41,594 nt of DNA from an uncultured Campylobacter sp. (GTDB lineage Bacteria > Campylobacterota > Campylobacteria > Campylobacterales > Campylobacteraceae), in assembly GCF_938030815.1 (NCBI RefSeq), contig NZ_CALHII010000148.1, positions 1-41,594 of the forward strand. Reading direction: 5' to 3'. Positions 10,099-21,749 of this stretch are shown piece by piece (within the stretch, counting starts at the first letter, position 1; every line of letters begins with the position of its first letter). A model generated the notes under the pieces. It was not told the DNA's origin. It saw only the letters and a list, made by a program, of their open reading frames with translations, and did not search any database. The position numbers and the translations under genes were made by a program.

Positions 10099-11481
10099 TT
10101 AGCCTTTCAGCCACTTGTTCAAAATTTCAATCTGCGCTGCAACGCTCTCATTCGCCGTGCCTCCTTGCGACTTACGCGCCTGCTTAGAAGCGTTTAGATC
10201 AAGAAATTTAACCGCACCCGCGTCCAAGCTTTCATCCACGCCTGCAAGCTGCTGCGCATTTAGCTCGCTTAAATCCAGGCCCAAATTTTCAGCATACGCC
10301 ACAGCCTTGCCTGTGATGAAGTGCGCCCGGCGAAACGGCACGTTTTTCTCTCGCACGAGATAGTCCGCCAGATCAGTTGCCGTGAGGTGCCCTCGGCGCG
10401 TCATTGCGAGCATATTTTGCTCGTTAAATTTAGCCGTTTTTAGCATCTGTTTTAAAATTTCAAGGCTAGCAAGCGCGGTGGCGACGCTGTCAAAAACACC
10501 CTCCTTGTCCTCTTGCATGTCCTTATTGTATGCTAGCGGCAAGCCCTTCATCACCGTTAGCAGCGCGACGAGATTACCGTTTACGCGCCCAGTTTTGCCG
10601 CGGATGAGTTCGGCGACGTCGGGGTTTTTCTTCTGCGGCATGATCGAGCTACCCGTGCTGTAGGCATCGCTGATCGTGACAAAGCCAAACTCCTGCGAGC
10701 TCCACAAGATAAGCTCCTCGCACAGGCGCGATGCATGCGTCATCAGCACGCTTACGTTAAACAAAATCTCAAGCGCGAAATCGCGGTCGCTGACGCTATC
10801 CATCGCGTTTGGCGTCACTCCCGCAAACCCGAGCTGCTGCGCGACGAGCTCGCGATTTATCGGATGCGGCGTGCCCGCAAGTGCAGCCGAGCCCAGCGGA
10901 CAGAGATTATTTCGCTCTCGCGAGCTGACAAAGCGCTCGTAGTCGCGGCGAAACATAAACGCGTAAGCTAGCAAATAATAGGCAAGGCTCACGGGTTGGG
11001 CGTGCTGAAGGTGCGTGTAGCCCGGCATCAGCGTGTCTGCGTGCTTACTTACGATATCTCGCAGAGCGGTGATCAACTCACGGATTTTCTCGGCGATCGC
11101 GGCACCACTTTTAAGCACGTAGAGGCGAAAATCAAGCGCGACCTGATCGTTTCTGCTGCGCGCCGTGTGCAGCCTACCGCCAAGATCGCCTCCGATGAGC
11201 TCGCTTAGGCGCTTTTCGACCGCCATGTGAATGTCCTCGTCGGCGGTTTTAAACTCAAATTTACCGCTTTTTATCTCCTCAAACACGGCATCAAGCCCGG
11301 CGACGATCTTTTCGCTCTCGTCAGCCTTTAAAATCCCACAGGCGCCGAGCATCCGAGCGTGCGCCTTGCTGCCTGCGATATCCTCCTGCCAAAGCGTCCT
11401 ATCAAAGCCGATCGAGGCGTTAAACTCCTCCAAAAGCGCCGAACTCGCCTCGCTAAAGCGCCCCTCCCACATTTTTTTCAC
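10099..11481 (-). CDS. argH: Argininosuccinate lyase
   Basis: [31 protein letters not shown] start at 11481 with AGGAG RBS. Confidence 0.97.
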   Translation of the reverse strand: MKKMWEGRFSEASSALLEEFNASIGFDRTLWQEDIAGSKAHARMLGACGILKADESEKIVAGLDAVFEEIKSGKFEFKTADEDIHMAVEKRLSELIGGDLGGRLHTARSRNDQVALDFRLYVLKSGAAIAEKIRELITALRDIVSKHADTLMPGYTHLQHAQPVSLAYYLLAYAFMFRRDYERFVSSRERNNLCPLGSAALAGTPHPINRELVAQQLGFAGVTPNAMDSVSDRDFALEILFNVSVLMTHASRLCEELILWSSQEFGFVTISDAYSTGSSIMPQKKNPDVAELIRGKTGRVNGNLVALLTVMKGLPLAYNKDMQEDKEGVFDSVATALASLEILKQMLKTAKFNEQNMLAMTRRGHLTATDLADYLVREKNVPFRRAHFITGKAVAYAENLGLDLSELNAQQLAGVDESLDAGAVKFLDLNASKQARKSQGGTANESVAAQIEILNKWLKG

Positions 11482-11665
11482 GCTCGCTCCTTCGTTTAAA
11501 TTTTCGGTGATTTTATAAAATTTTAAATCTCGCCGCACAAAATTTATGAGCGAGAAGAAAGGCAAAAGTGCTATAAATTCCTAAAAAATGCGCGCGCCAC
11601 GCTTTCGCACTAAACTTTGGAATTTATTGCACCTTAAACTTAGCGGTTCAAAAGCGCTTGCTGGC

Positions 11666-12295
11666 TTATTCGATCCACTTTACTACGTCATCTATGCTGC
11701 GGCGGATCTTTTGCGGCTGTGGATTTACGCGGTAGCCGAAAGGTACGAGTAGCGCCACGCGGCGATCGTTCCAATCGATGCCTAAAATTTCATTTAGCGC
11801 TGCGCGATCAAAGCCCTCCATTGGGCAGCTGTCGATACCGCGGCTTGCGGCCTCGTTCATCATCGCAAGTGCTGCAAACATGCACTGCGCGTGCGACCAA
11901 TTAAATAGCTCCTCATCGTCGTTGTGAAAATAACCGCTTAAAAAATCTTGATAAAATTTATGCCTGTCGCCGATATATTTGGGCGCTTCATCTTTTTTAC
12001 GCGTAATCATTCGCTCGATATAATCACTTCCTAGCTTTATGTCCTTGATCTTTGCTAAAATCACGACCAGATGTGAGCAAGAGGTGATCTGCGGCTGATT
12101 CCATGATTTTTCGCGGATCTGCTCGCGCAGCGCCTTGTTTTGCACAACCAAAAAGTCCCATTGCTCTAGCCCCGTAGAACTAGGTGCTAAGATGCCCGCC
12201 TGCAAAATAGCGTCGAAATCGGCTTTGCCGATCTTTTTATTCTCGTCAAAAATTTTGCACGCGTGGCGAAATTTCATAATCTCTAAATGTGTCAT
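11666..12295 (-). CDS. NAD(P)H-dependent nitroreductase (FrxA/RdxA-like)
   Basis: RHACKIFD, LAPSSTGLEQW, GIDSCPMEGFD motifs. Confidence 0.9.
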   Translation of the reverse strand: MTHLEIMKFRHACKIFDENKKIGKADFDAILQAGILAPSSTGLEQWDFLVVQNKALREQIREKSWNQPQITSCSHLVVILAKIKDIKLGSDYIERMITRKKDEAPKYIGDRHKFYQDFLSGYFHNDDEELFNWSHAQCMFAALAMMNEAASRGIDSCPMEGFDRAALNEILGIDWNDRRVALLVPFGYRVNPQPQKIRRSIDDVVKWIE

Positions 12296-12304
12296 AGTCT
12301 CTCC

Positions 12305-13495
12305 TTAATTAGAATTTTTGTAAATCAAATACCCGCCATCTTTGCGTCTGATGCTGAGGTTACCCTCATGTGAGCGCACGCCGATGCGGTAGTAGCCGTC
12401 CTCTTTGGTGACGTTGATGTCGCTAAAGCCGCCGATATTTACAGCAAAGCTCGCGCCGCTAAGCGGGATCTCTTGGCGCCAAAACTCCGCCTCAAGCGTG
12501 CCCGAAGCATTTGCGTCGGAGCTTTTGAAATCATCTGCGGTGATGAGCTGCACGCTGTCTTTGCGAATGACGAATTTTAGTCCATCGTCAAATTTAAGCG
12601 TCTCTAGCGGTAGCTCCAGGCGCGGCGCGAAGCTAGGCGTGATGCCACTTTGTGAGGCCTGCTTTTGTAAATTTGGATCAGTCGAAGTAACCGAGACGTC
12701 CAGTGCCCTATGTAGCGCGGGTTTGGCGCTAGCGCTTAGCACGAAGTCATCGTGCCAATCAATCGAGCGATTGACATCAACGATCTTTTCGTGCAGGACC
12801 CCGTCGTCGTCCCTATATCGCACAATTAAGCTTTCGATCGTAAGGGCGTCGGAGGGAAGCGCAAAGGTTTGCTGCGTAAAATTTTTAGGCGCGGGAGCAT
12901 TTTGCGACGTGGCGACAGAGCTTTGCGCCGGATTGGAATTTTGCGGAGCAAATTGCGCGTTTTGTTGCATAGTAGAGTCTTGCACCGTAGAATTTTGAGC
13001 TGTAGAATTCTGTGCCGCCTTGAAATTTTGCACTATCGTAGAATTTGGCTCGCTTACTTCCGGCAAGATCGGTAACTCATCAGGAGGCGGAAGCATCGTA
13101 ACTGAAGGCTGCGCAGAAGAGTTTCGTTCCGTTTTTATGGCCTGCGAAGGAGCACCGATGCCCGCTTTGAGCGCAGGAGCTTTTTTTTCGGTCTGCGAGA
13201 GCTGTGCGCTCACAGCTTTTTTGGCGGCGCTTGTTTTGACGCTGGAATTTGCTTCTGCAGCGCTTTTTTGCATTGCTACGGTAGGGCTTTTAGATGTTTC
13301 AGGTTTCATTACAGCTTGCTTTTTAGCGTTTGGGCTTTGTGCACCTGTCTTTGGCTCTTTAATCGCCAAATTGATAGAATTTTGCTCTTTTGCCGCGGCG
13401 ATGCTAGGTTTCGTAGCGTTTGAATTTGCGCCATTTAAATTCTCAGCGTTTAAAAAAGCGCAAAGACCTAAAATTAGCAAAGAAATTTTTCTCAT
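12305..13495 (-). CDS. Exported AMIN-domain/CgpA-like protein with long Ala/Gln/Ser/Pro-rich linker
   Basis: Signal peptide; YRDDDG...VDVNRSIDWHD segment typical of the Campylobacter protein downstream of eno-ftsB. Confidence 0.7.
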   Translation of the reverse strand: MRKISLLILGLCAFLNAENLNGANSNATKPSIAAAKEQNSINLAIKEPKTGAQSPNAKKQAVMKPETSKSPTVAMQKSAAEANSSVKTSAAKKAVSAQLSQTEKKAPALKAGIGAPSQAIKTERNSSAQPSVTMLPPPDELPILPEVSEPNSTIVQNFKAAQNSTAQNSTVQDSTMQQNAQFAPQNSNPAQSSVATSQNAPAPKNFTQQTFALPSDALTIESLIVRYRDDDGVLHEKIVDVNRSIDWHDDFVLSASAKPALHRALDVSVTSTDPNLQKQASQSGITPSFAPRLELPLETLKFDDGLKFVIRKDSVQLITADDFKSSDANASGTLEAEFWRQEIPLSGASFAVNIGGFSDINVTKEDGYYRIGVRSHEGNLSIRRKDGGYLIYKNSN

Positions 13496-14301
13496 TTTTT
13501 AAGGTCCGGATCGAGCGAGCGACGCTCTAAATAAAGCTTTTGCAGCTCGGCGTTTTCCTCTTTTAGCCGCTCGACGTCGGTGAATAAAAACGCCTTTTCT
13601 TTTTGCAGTTGGCGCAGCACCTCAAACGATCGCTTGCCAAATAGCACGTCGCCTACGAAGATGCCTGCAAAAACAACGCAGACGATCAGCGCAAGAGCTG
13701 CAAAAATCTGCTTAAGCGGTGAAAACGGATTGATAAAATTCAGCCGTTCTTTTAAATTTTTACGCTTTTTTAAAGCTTTTTTAGCGGCAGAATCTGCGTT
13801 CTGCGGCATAAAAGAAAATTCTTGCGCAGCAGGATTTATGCCTTGCGCCGCAAAGCCCGTGCCTTGAGAGCCGCGCTCTACGCTCTGAGCCGCAAAACCC
13901 GCGTCGTTTGGAAAGCGGTTTTCTTTCGCGTATAATTCTGCATTCTTTAAATCGCCGCCCCCAATAAATTCCGCGCTGTAAAAGTCCGCGTCTGCTTGCG
14001 CGCTGCCTTCGTAGTTTCCGCTTGCAGCGGAGCTTTTACAACTTAAATTAGAGCTGTCGCCTCCGGCATCAGAGGCAGAGCCTGCTTCGTCTACGCCGTG
14101 TGAGGTTCCGTTGCGATTTTTGCGGAAGCCAGCCCCTACCTCGCTAAAGCCTCCGCCAAAATTTTCATCGTCAAAAAAATCGTCCTCGTCAAAGTCTGCG
14201 TCTGAATATCCGCCTTGCGTGTCCGTATAATCCGCTCCGTCCGCATAGGTGCGTTGCGCGCCGCCTTTTAAGCCCCGCTTGGACCTTTTTTTAAAAAACA
14301 T
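13492..14301 (-). CDS. ftsB: Septum formation initiator (FtsB/DivIC-like) with long acidic N-terminal extension
   Basis: TM helix, then FGKRSFEVL...LKEENAELQK coiled coil; directly downstream of eno; ATG at 14301 just after the eno stop. Confidence 0.7.
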   Translation of the reverse strand: MFFKKRSKRGLKGGAQRTYADGADYTDTQGGYSDADFDEDDFFDDENFGGGFSEVGAGFRKNRNGTSHGVDEAGSASDAGGDSSNLSCKSSAASGNYEGSAQADADFYSAEFIGGGDLKNAELYAKENRFPNDAGFAAQSVERGSQGTGFAAQGINPAAQEFSFMPQNADSAAKKALKKRKNLKERLNFINPFSPLKQIFAALALIVCVVFAGIFVGDVLFGKRSFEVLRQLQKEKAFLFTDVERLKEENAELQKLYLERRSLDPDLKK

Positions 14302-14302
14302 T

Positions 14303-16596
<2,294 letters not shown>

Positions 16597-16623
16597 GTTT
16601 TTCCTTAAAAATAAATTCACCTG

Positions 16624-16632
16624 ATTTTACCA
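16624..16632 (-). promoter_or_regulatory. Extended -10 promoter (TGgTAAAAT) for recA-eno operon
   Basis: TGnTAAAAT about 28 nt upstream of the recA start. Confidence 0.55.
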
Positions 16633-16819
16633 AATTTGAAATGAATTTTTGATTATTTGCCTAAATTCGGCGCGGCATCGGAATTTGAAATTTTTAAGGA
16701 GCGCAAAAGCTCTGCGCGGCAAGCGGAGAGTATTAAATTTAGCCTTTTAAACGGGCTTAATTTTTCACGTTTTTCTTTAGAAATTGCGCATTTTTATGAG
16801 GGCTGTAGCAAAAATTTAC

Positions 16820-16825
16820 TATAAT
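16820..16825 (+). promoter_or_regulatory. -10 box (TATAAT) for mqnD
   Basis: Perfect TATAAT about 50 nt upstream of the TTG start. Confidence 0.55.
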
Positions 16826-16876
16826 TTCGCAATTTAGCCGCGCGCGAAATTTAAAGCGGAGCAAAAAGGATAAAAT

Positions 16877-17773
16877 TTGAAGATTTTTAAGCATATAAAC
16901 GTCGCTCACTCGCCCGACGCCGACGATATTTTTATGTATAAGGCGATTGATTTCGGCTGGGTGAGTTCAAAAAATCTAAAGCTTAGCGCCGCCGCGCTTG
17001 ATATCCAGAGCCTAAACGACGAGGCGCTAAAGGGCACTTACGAGGCCACGGCGATTAGCTTCGCGCTATATCCGCTGATCTGCGATGAATACGCGCTTTT
17101 GCGCACGGCGGTGAGCTTCGGCGAGGGCTACGGACCAAAGCTAGTTAAGAAAAAGGGCGCGGTTTTAAAGCGAAATTTCAAAGTCGCGCTCAGCGGCAAA
17201 CACACGACAAACGCCCTGCTTTTTCGCATGGCATACCCGCAGGCGCGCATAGTTTATAAAAACTTCCTCGAAATCGAGGGCGCGGTCTTAAGCGGCGAAG
17301 TAGACGCGGGCGTGCTGATACACGAGAGTATTTTGGACTTTTCGGACGAGCTTTGCGTGGAGCGCGAGATCTGGGATATCTGGAGCGAGCTAGCGGGCGA
17401 AAATTTACCGCTGCCGCTAGGAGGCATGGCGGTTCGCCGCAGCCTGCCGATAACGGATGCTATCGAGTGCGAGCGCGTGCTAACTGAGGGCGTACGCATC
17501 GCCACCGCGCACAAGCCGCTTTTATCGCACATGCTCATGGAGCGAAATTTGATCCGCGTGGACGACGCAAAGCTAGAAAAATATCTGAGCCTTTATGCTA
17601 ACGAGGCCTCGATCGAGCTTTCGCAGGTGCAGATAAGGGCGGTAGATAGGCTATTTGAGCTTGGTTATGAGCGCGGATTTTACCCTGCGCCGCTTAGCGC
17701 GCAGGAGAATTTTATCCCGCGCGAATATAACGAGATCCGCTTTGCGGACTGCGGCGGGCAAAACCCGATGTAA
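16877..17773 (+). CDS. mqnD: 1,4-dihydroxy-6-naphthoate synthase (futalosine menaquinone pathway, MqnD)
   Basis: AHSPDADDIFM, GEGYGP, GVLIHE, LPLPLGG motifs; divergent from recA as in other campylobacters. Confidence 0.85.
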   Translation: MKIFKHINVAHSPDADDIFMYKAIDFGWVSSKNLKLSAAALDIQSLNDEALKGTYEATAISFALYPLICDEYALLRTAVSFGEGYGPKLVKKKGAVLKRNFKVALSGKHTTNALLFRMAYPQARIVYKNFLEIEGAVLSGEVDAGVLIHESILDFSDELCVEREIWDIWSELAGENLPLPLGGMAVRRSLPITDAIECERVLTEGVRIATAHKPLLSHMLMERNLIRVDDAKLEKYLSLYANEASIELSQVQIRAVDRLFELGYERGFYPAPLSAQENFIPREYNEIRFADCGGQNPM

Positions 17774-18387
17774 GGCCGAGCGAGATCAAAATTTAGATGA
17801 AATTTAGCGCTTGTTTCGGTTAAATTTTACTCGGAATGAAATCGCGTTTTGGCTAAATTCCTCGGTGTTAAGAGGTTTGCGCCTTGGTTAAATTTTACTT
17901 CGGCGTAAAAGTAGGCACGCGAGGTAGAATTTTACCCCGCGTTCTTGCCGTGGCTGTGCTGCGCCGTAGCTTTTGAAATTTAGCCGCGAAGCATAGCGAG
18001 TTTAAAATTTAGCGCAAATTTGACGCCGAGTTCGCCGCGGATCGTCGCCAAGCTGCGCTAATCGACCGGCGCGCTGTAGCGCGATCTGTCGCGGTACGAT
18101 AGCCACTACGCTTTCAAATTTAGGGCTACGCAGCGATGAAATTTTGCAGTGCGGCGCTACATTGCACGGCTATATTTTGTGCCGCAGGGTGCGAGTTGCG
18201 CGTGCGACATAGCGCGCCGCTGAAAACGTATCGCAAGCGAGATAAATTCAATCGCGCTGGCGTCGCTAAATTTTGAAATAGCGTTCGTGTTCTGTGCCGT
18301 GCGCCGCCGCGGTATAGTTAAATTTTAAAACGATGCGCGGCGAGCGGCTAGCGCAAAATTTAGAAATGAAATTTAAAAGGCAAAATT

Positions 18388-19179
18388 TTGAAAACAAAGC
18401 AGATAGATTTTAGCAAATACACCTCCGTGCGCATCGGCGGGAGCTTTGCGGTGCAAATTTTAAAGGACGAGACCGATTTTGCGGAGTTTGAGAGCATAGC
18501 GGGGGGCGCGATCATCGGCGGCGGCAATAATCTGCTCATCTCGCCCGCGCCGCCGCACCTTGCGATGTTAAGCGAGGAGTTCGATCGCATAAGCTTAAGC
18601 GGCGATATCCTTAGCATCGGGGCTGCGACGAAGTCGGGCAAAATTTACAACTTCGCCAAAAAGCAAGGCCTCGGCGGCTTTGAGTTTTTGCGAAACATCC
18701 CGGGCACGCTCGGTGGGCTAATCAAAATGAATGCGGGGCTCGCCGGCGCTAGCATCAGCGATAGCCTGCTTGCCGTGCGCCTAACTCGCGGCTGGGTGGA
18801 GCGCGAGCGGATAAGCTTCGGCTACCGAAGAAGCGGAATCGAGGAGCCGATTTTGGGCGCCGAGTTTAAAATTTCGCGCGGCTTTGACGTCTCGCTCGCC
18901 ACGGATTTCGCCGCCAAACGTGCTAATCAACCGCGCGGCGCAAGCTTTGGGAGCTGCTTTAAAAACCCGCCGAATGACGCCGCGGGCAGGCTGATCGAAG
19001 CAGCGGGATTAAAAGGCCACGCGATCGGCGGCGCGAAATTTAGCGAGCAGCACGCCAATTTCATCATAAATTTCGGCAGCGCAAGCTTTGAGGATGTGAT
19101 TGCGCTCATAAATTTAGCGCAAAGCCGCATTTCTGAAGAATTCGGTATCGAACTGGAAACCGAAGTCGTGGTGCTATAA
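18388..19179 (+). CDS. murB: UDP-N-acetylenolpyruvoylglucosamine reductase
   Basis: TSVRIGG, GGGNNLL, IPGTLGGLIKMNAG, QP..ASFGSCFKNP, HANFIIN, LETEV. Confidence 0.96.
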   Translation: MKTKQIDFSKYTSVRIGGSFAVQILKDETDFAEFESIAGGAIIGGGNNLLISPAPPHLAMLSEEFDRISLSGDILSIGAATKSGKIYNFAKKQGLGGFEFLRNIPGTLGGLIKMNAGLAGASISDSLLAVRLTRGWVERERISFGYRRSGIEEPILGAEFKISRGFDVSLATDFAAKRANQPRGASFGSCFKNPPNDAAGRLIEAAGLKGHAIGGAKFSEQHANFIINFGSASFEDVIALINLAQSRISEEFGIELETEVVVL

Positions 19180-19322
19180 AAGGAAATTTGTATATTTTGC
19201 CCCCGACTAAACTTGCTCGGTCGTCTACTCCATCTTTTTGCGCTGGATTTTATTTGCGCTTTGAAATTTTAAAATACAGACGAAATCGTCAAATTTAAAA
19301 GCACTCAAAAGACAAGCCGCTT

Positions 19323-21149
19323 TTAAATTTTAACAGCCAAACTCACACTAAATATCCCATCCCCATCTATCCATTCGCGCACCTTTTTAAACCCCGCCTT
19401 TTCCACGAGCTGATCCATCTCGGCCTGGCTGCGGCGGCGCATGATCCACGCAGCGCCCTGCCTGTGGCTCGATAGAGCGCGCGCGATCATCTCGAGCTGC
19501 GGATGCCACGGCTGGTTGGTGTAGATGAGGTAGCCGCCGCTTTTTACGCTGCTTGAAAAGCCTTGTAGCGCGGTGCGAACGACCGAGTTACCCGGAAAGA
19601 GCTCAAACAGCCCCGACACGACGCCTAGCGTATATGCGTCCTGCAGACCCTCGTAGCTAGCGGCCTCGAACGCATTTGCCTGCGTAAAGCTCGCGACGTC
19701 CTGCAGCCCGCGCTCTTTTATCATTTCGCTGCCCACTTTTACGTTGATGTCGCTGTAGTCGCGTAGCGTTATGCGCTCAAATTTATGCCCCTGCGCGGCG
19801 TCTAGTATGTATCTGCCGTGCCCCGAGGCGATGTCTAGCAGTCGTAGCGGCTCGCTGCGCTCCTGCAGCTTTGCTACAGCTTGATCGATAGCTAGCTTGA
19901 TATTTCGCTTGCGCTCTCTGATGCCGCGCCAGCCGATAGCGTTTAGGTAAAATTTGTCGATAAATTTAAAAAATTTATTCGCCCCTTGCGGCTCGTTTCG
20001 GTAAACGTAATCAAGCGTACTGCCGCTATCGTAGCCGGTATTTTCGCCTATCTTTAGCCCGCCGACCCACGGCGAAACCGCCTGCATAAATATCCGCTGA
20101 AATTTAAACCGTAAATTTTTTGGGCTAAATCTCGGTAGCGGCGTAGCTAGCCTATCGGCCTCTTCGCGGCTAAAGCCGTATTCGTCCGCGTGCGTGCAGT
20201 CCACCTCGCTAAAAGGCGCGCTAAAGCGCTCTCCGACGAACTCGCGCACGATCTCAAACGCCCTTTCCCGCTCGCTCTCGCCCAGCGTATCGTGGTAAAA
20301 TCCATCTAAAATCTCGCGTCTTTTTACGCGCGCGCCAAGAGTGTTGTAAAACTCGTGCTGCGGGGCATGCTCCACGACCCAGTCATCGCCCGAGATCAGC
20401 AGTAGCGTAGGCGTCGTGATCGCGGCGGCGTCCGAAACCACGCGCTGCGCCGCTTCGTAAAGCCCCAGCAGTATGCGCACCGAGATCGCGCGAGTGATGA
20501 GCGAGTCGGCGTCGTAGCTGGCCTGGCGCTGTTTGTCGTGCGTGAGATAGTGCGCCTTGACGTAGCTGTTTACGAAGAAATTTCCGCGCGCATTGTAGAT
20601 CGCCTTTAGCCCGGCTCTGGCAAACGGCACGTAAAGCTTCACGCTAAACGCCGGACTAGCCAGCACCGCGCAGCGAACGCGCACAGCGTAGTCGTGCAGC
20701 CACGCCGAGACCAGCACCGCGCCCACGCTTTGAGCTATAACGGCTAGATTTTGCGTCTCAAAGCCAAATCTCTGCTCGATATGCGCCACAAACTCGTCCA
20801 CGTCGGCGATGAGGCGGCCGATACTCGGCGCGTCGCCCCGCTCGCCCTCGCTCCTGCCGTGTCCGCGCTGATCCCACGCAAAATAGCTCAAACTCTCGTC
20901 CGCTAGCCCGTCCGCTACGTGCGTCGTTCTGCCCGAGTGCTCGTGTCCGCGGTGAAATATCGCTACGGCTTTGGCGTTTGGCGCGGCTTTAAATTTGAGA
21001 TTTTGCTCGGCGTTTTCAGCTAGCTCTTTCTCGCTCAAATTTACTTCGCCTGCACCCGAGTCTTCGCACGCCACGTCCGCGGCCAGGCGGTATCTGTAAA
21101 ATATCCTCGCCCCGTCGCTCGTTATAAAACAGCTCTCTTTAAACTCCAT
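19323..21149 (-). CDS. Bifunctional alpha/beta hydrolase (lysophospholipase-like) / class I SAM-dependent methyltransferase, YnbC-like
   Basis: HRGHEHSGR, WDQRGHGRS, AQSVG nucleophile elbow, GFYHDTLGE; C-terminal LLDIASGHGRY SAM motif and MRRRSQAEMD. Confidence 0.9.
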   Translation of the reverse strand: MEFKESCFITSDGARIFYRYRLAADVACEDSGAGEVNLSEKELAENAEQNLKFKAAPNAKAVAIFHRGHEHSGRTTHVADGLADESLSYFAWDQRGHGRSEGERGDAPSIGRLIADVDEFVAHIEQRFGFETQNLAVIAQSVGAVLVSAWLHDYAVRVRCAVLASPAFSVKLYVPFARAGLKAIYNARGNFFVNSYVKAHYLTHDKQRQASYDADSLITRAISVRILLGLYEAAQRVVSDAAAITTPTLLLISGDDWVVEHAPQHEFYNTLGARVKRREILDGFYHDTLGESERERAFEIVREFVGERFSAPFSEVDCTHADEYGFSREEADRLATPLPRFSPKNLRFKFQRIFMQAVSPWVGGLKIGENTGYDSGSTLDYVYRNEPQGANKFFKFIDKFYLNAIGWRGIRERKRNIKLAIDQAVAKLQERSEPLRLLDIASGHGRYILDAAQGHKFERITLRDYSDINVKVGSEMIKERGLQDVASFTQANAFEAASYEGLQDAYTLGVVSGLFELFPGNSVVRTALQGFSSSVKSGGYLIYTNQPWHPQLEMIARALSSHRQGAAWIMRRRSQAEMDQLVEKAGFKKVREWIDGDGIFSVSLAVKI

Positions 21150-21187
21150 TTTTCGCCTTTCTTGCTTAAATTTATCGATTTTTACGC

Positions 21188-21742
21188 TTATTTTATCCTA
21201 AAATGCCCCGTTATCTCATAAACGTTTAGCACGTCCTCCTCCTGCGCGCAAAGCCCGATGTTGTGGATCACGAGCGGGGTTTTGCTAGCGGCAAATTTAT
21301 CCGAAACTATGCCGATATGCGGCCTGCCGTTATCCAGCCGCCATGTCACGATATCGCCCGCTTTAAACTCGCCCTTCGCCTCGTAGCCTTTGCGTTTTAG
21401 GTAGGTCGCGATGTTTGGTACGCGGCGATGATAGATGTTTTTGTCGGTCTTTTTCGCGCCCCAGTTTTTTTGGATAAGCGCTAAATTTGCGCTCATATCC
21501 TCGTGGATGAGCCGCTGCAGATCGATATCCTGCCCGCGCAGCGCTCTAACGACGACGTCGGTGCAAACGCCCTTCATCATATCCGCGTCGCCCATCGGAT
21601 AGGCTAGCCTCTCGTACGAAGGATCGTAAAACAGCGTCCGTCCGACCTGCGCTCTAGCGTCTTGCACGAGCTTTTCGGCCGAAAATGCAAAGGCAAAATT
21701 TGCCGCGAGCGCTAAAAATAAAATTTTGCTTCAAATTTTCAT
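21188..21742 (-). pseudogene. DUF1287 (YijF-like) exported protein, inactivated by an in-frame TGA at codon 4
   Basis: ATG 21742: MKI*SKILFLALAANFAFA (signal peptide), in frame with GVCTDVVVRA, HRRVPN, PHIGIVSD, HNIG motifs; TGA at 21731-21733. Confidence 0.8.
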
Positions 21743-21749
21743 TAAAACC

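Noticed and set aside
17815..17905. Repeat-spacer-like pattern as a CRISPR array
   Set aside because: Repeats are short, degenerate and only three; spacers are too short; no cas genes
21731..21733. In-frame TGA as selenocysteine recoding
   Set aside because: It lies in a signal peptide at a non-catalytic position, and other lesions in the gene indicate decay
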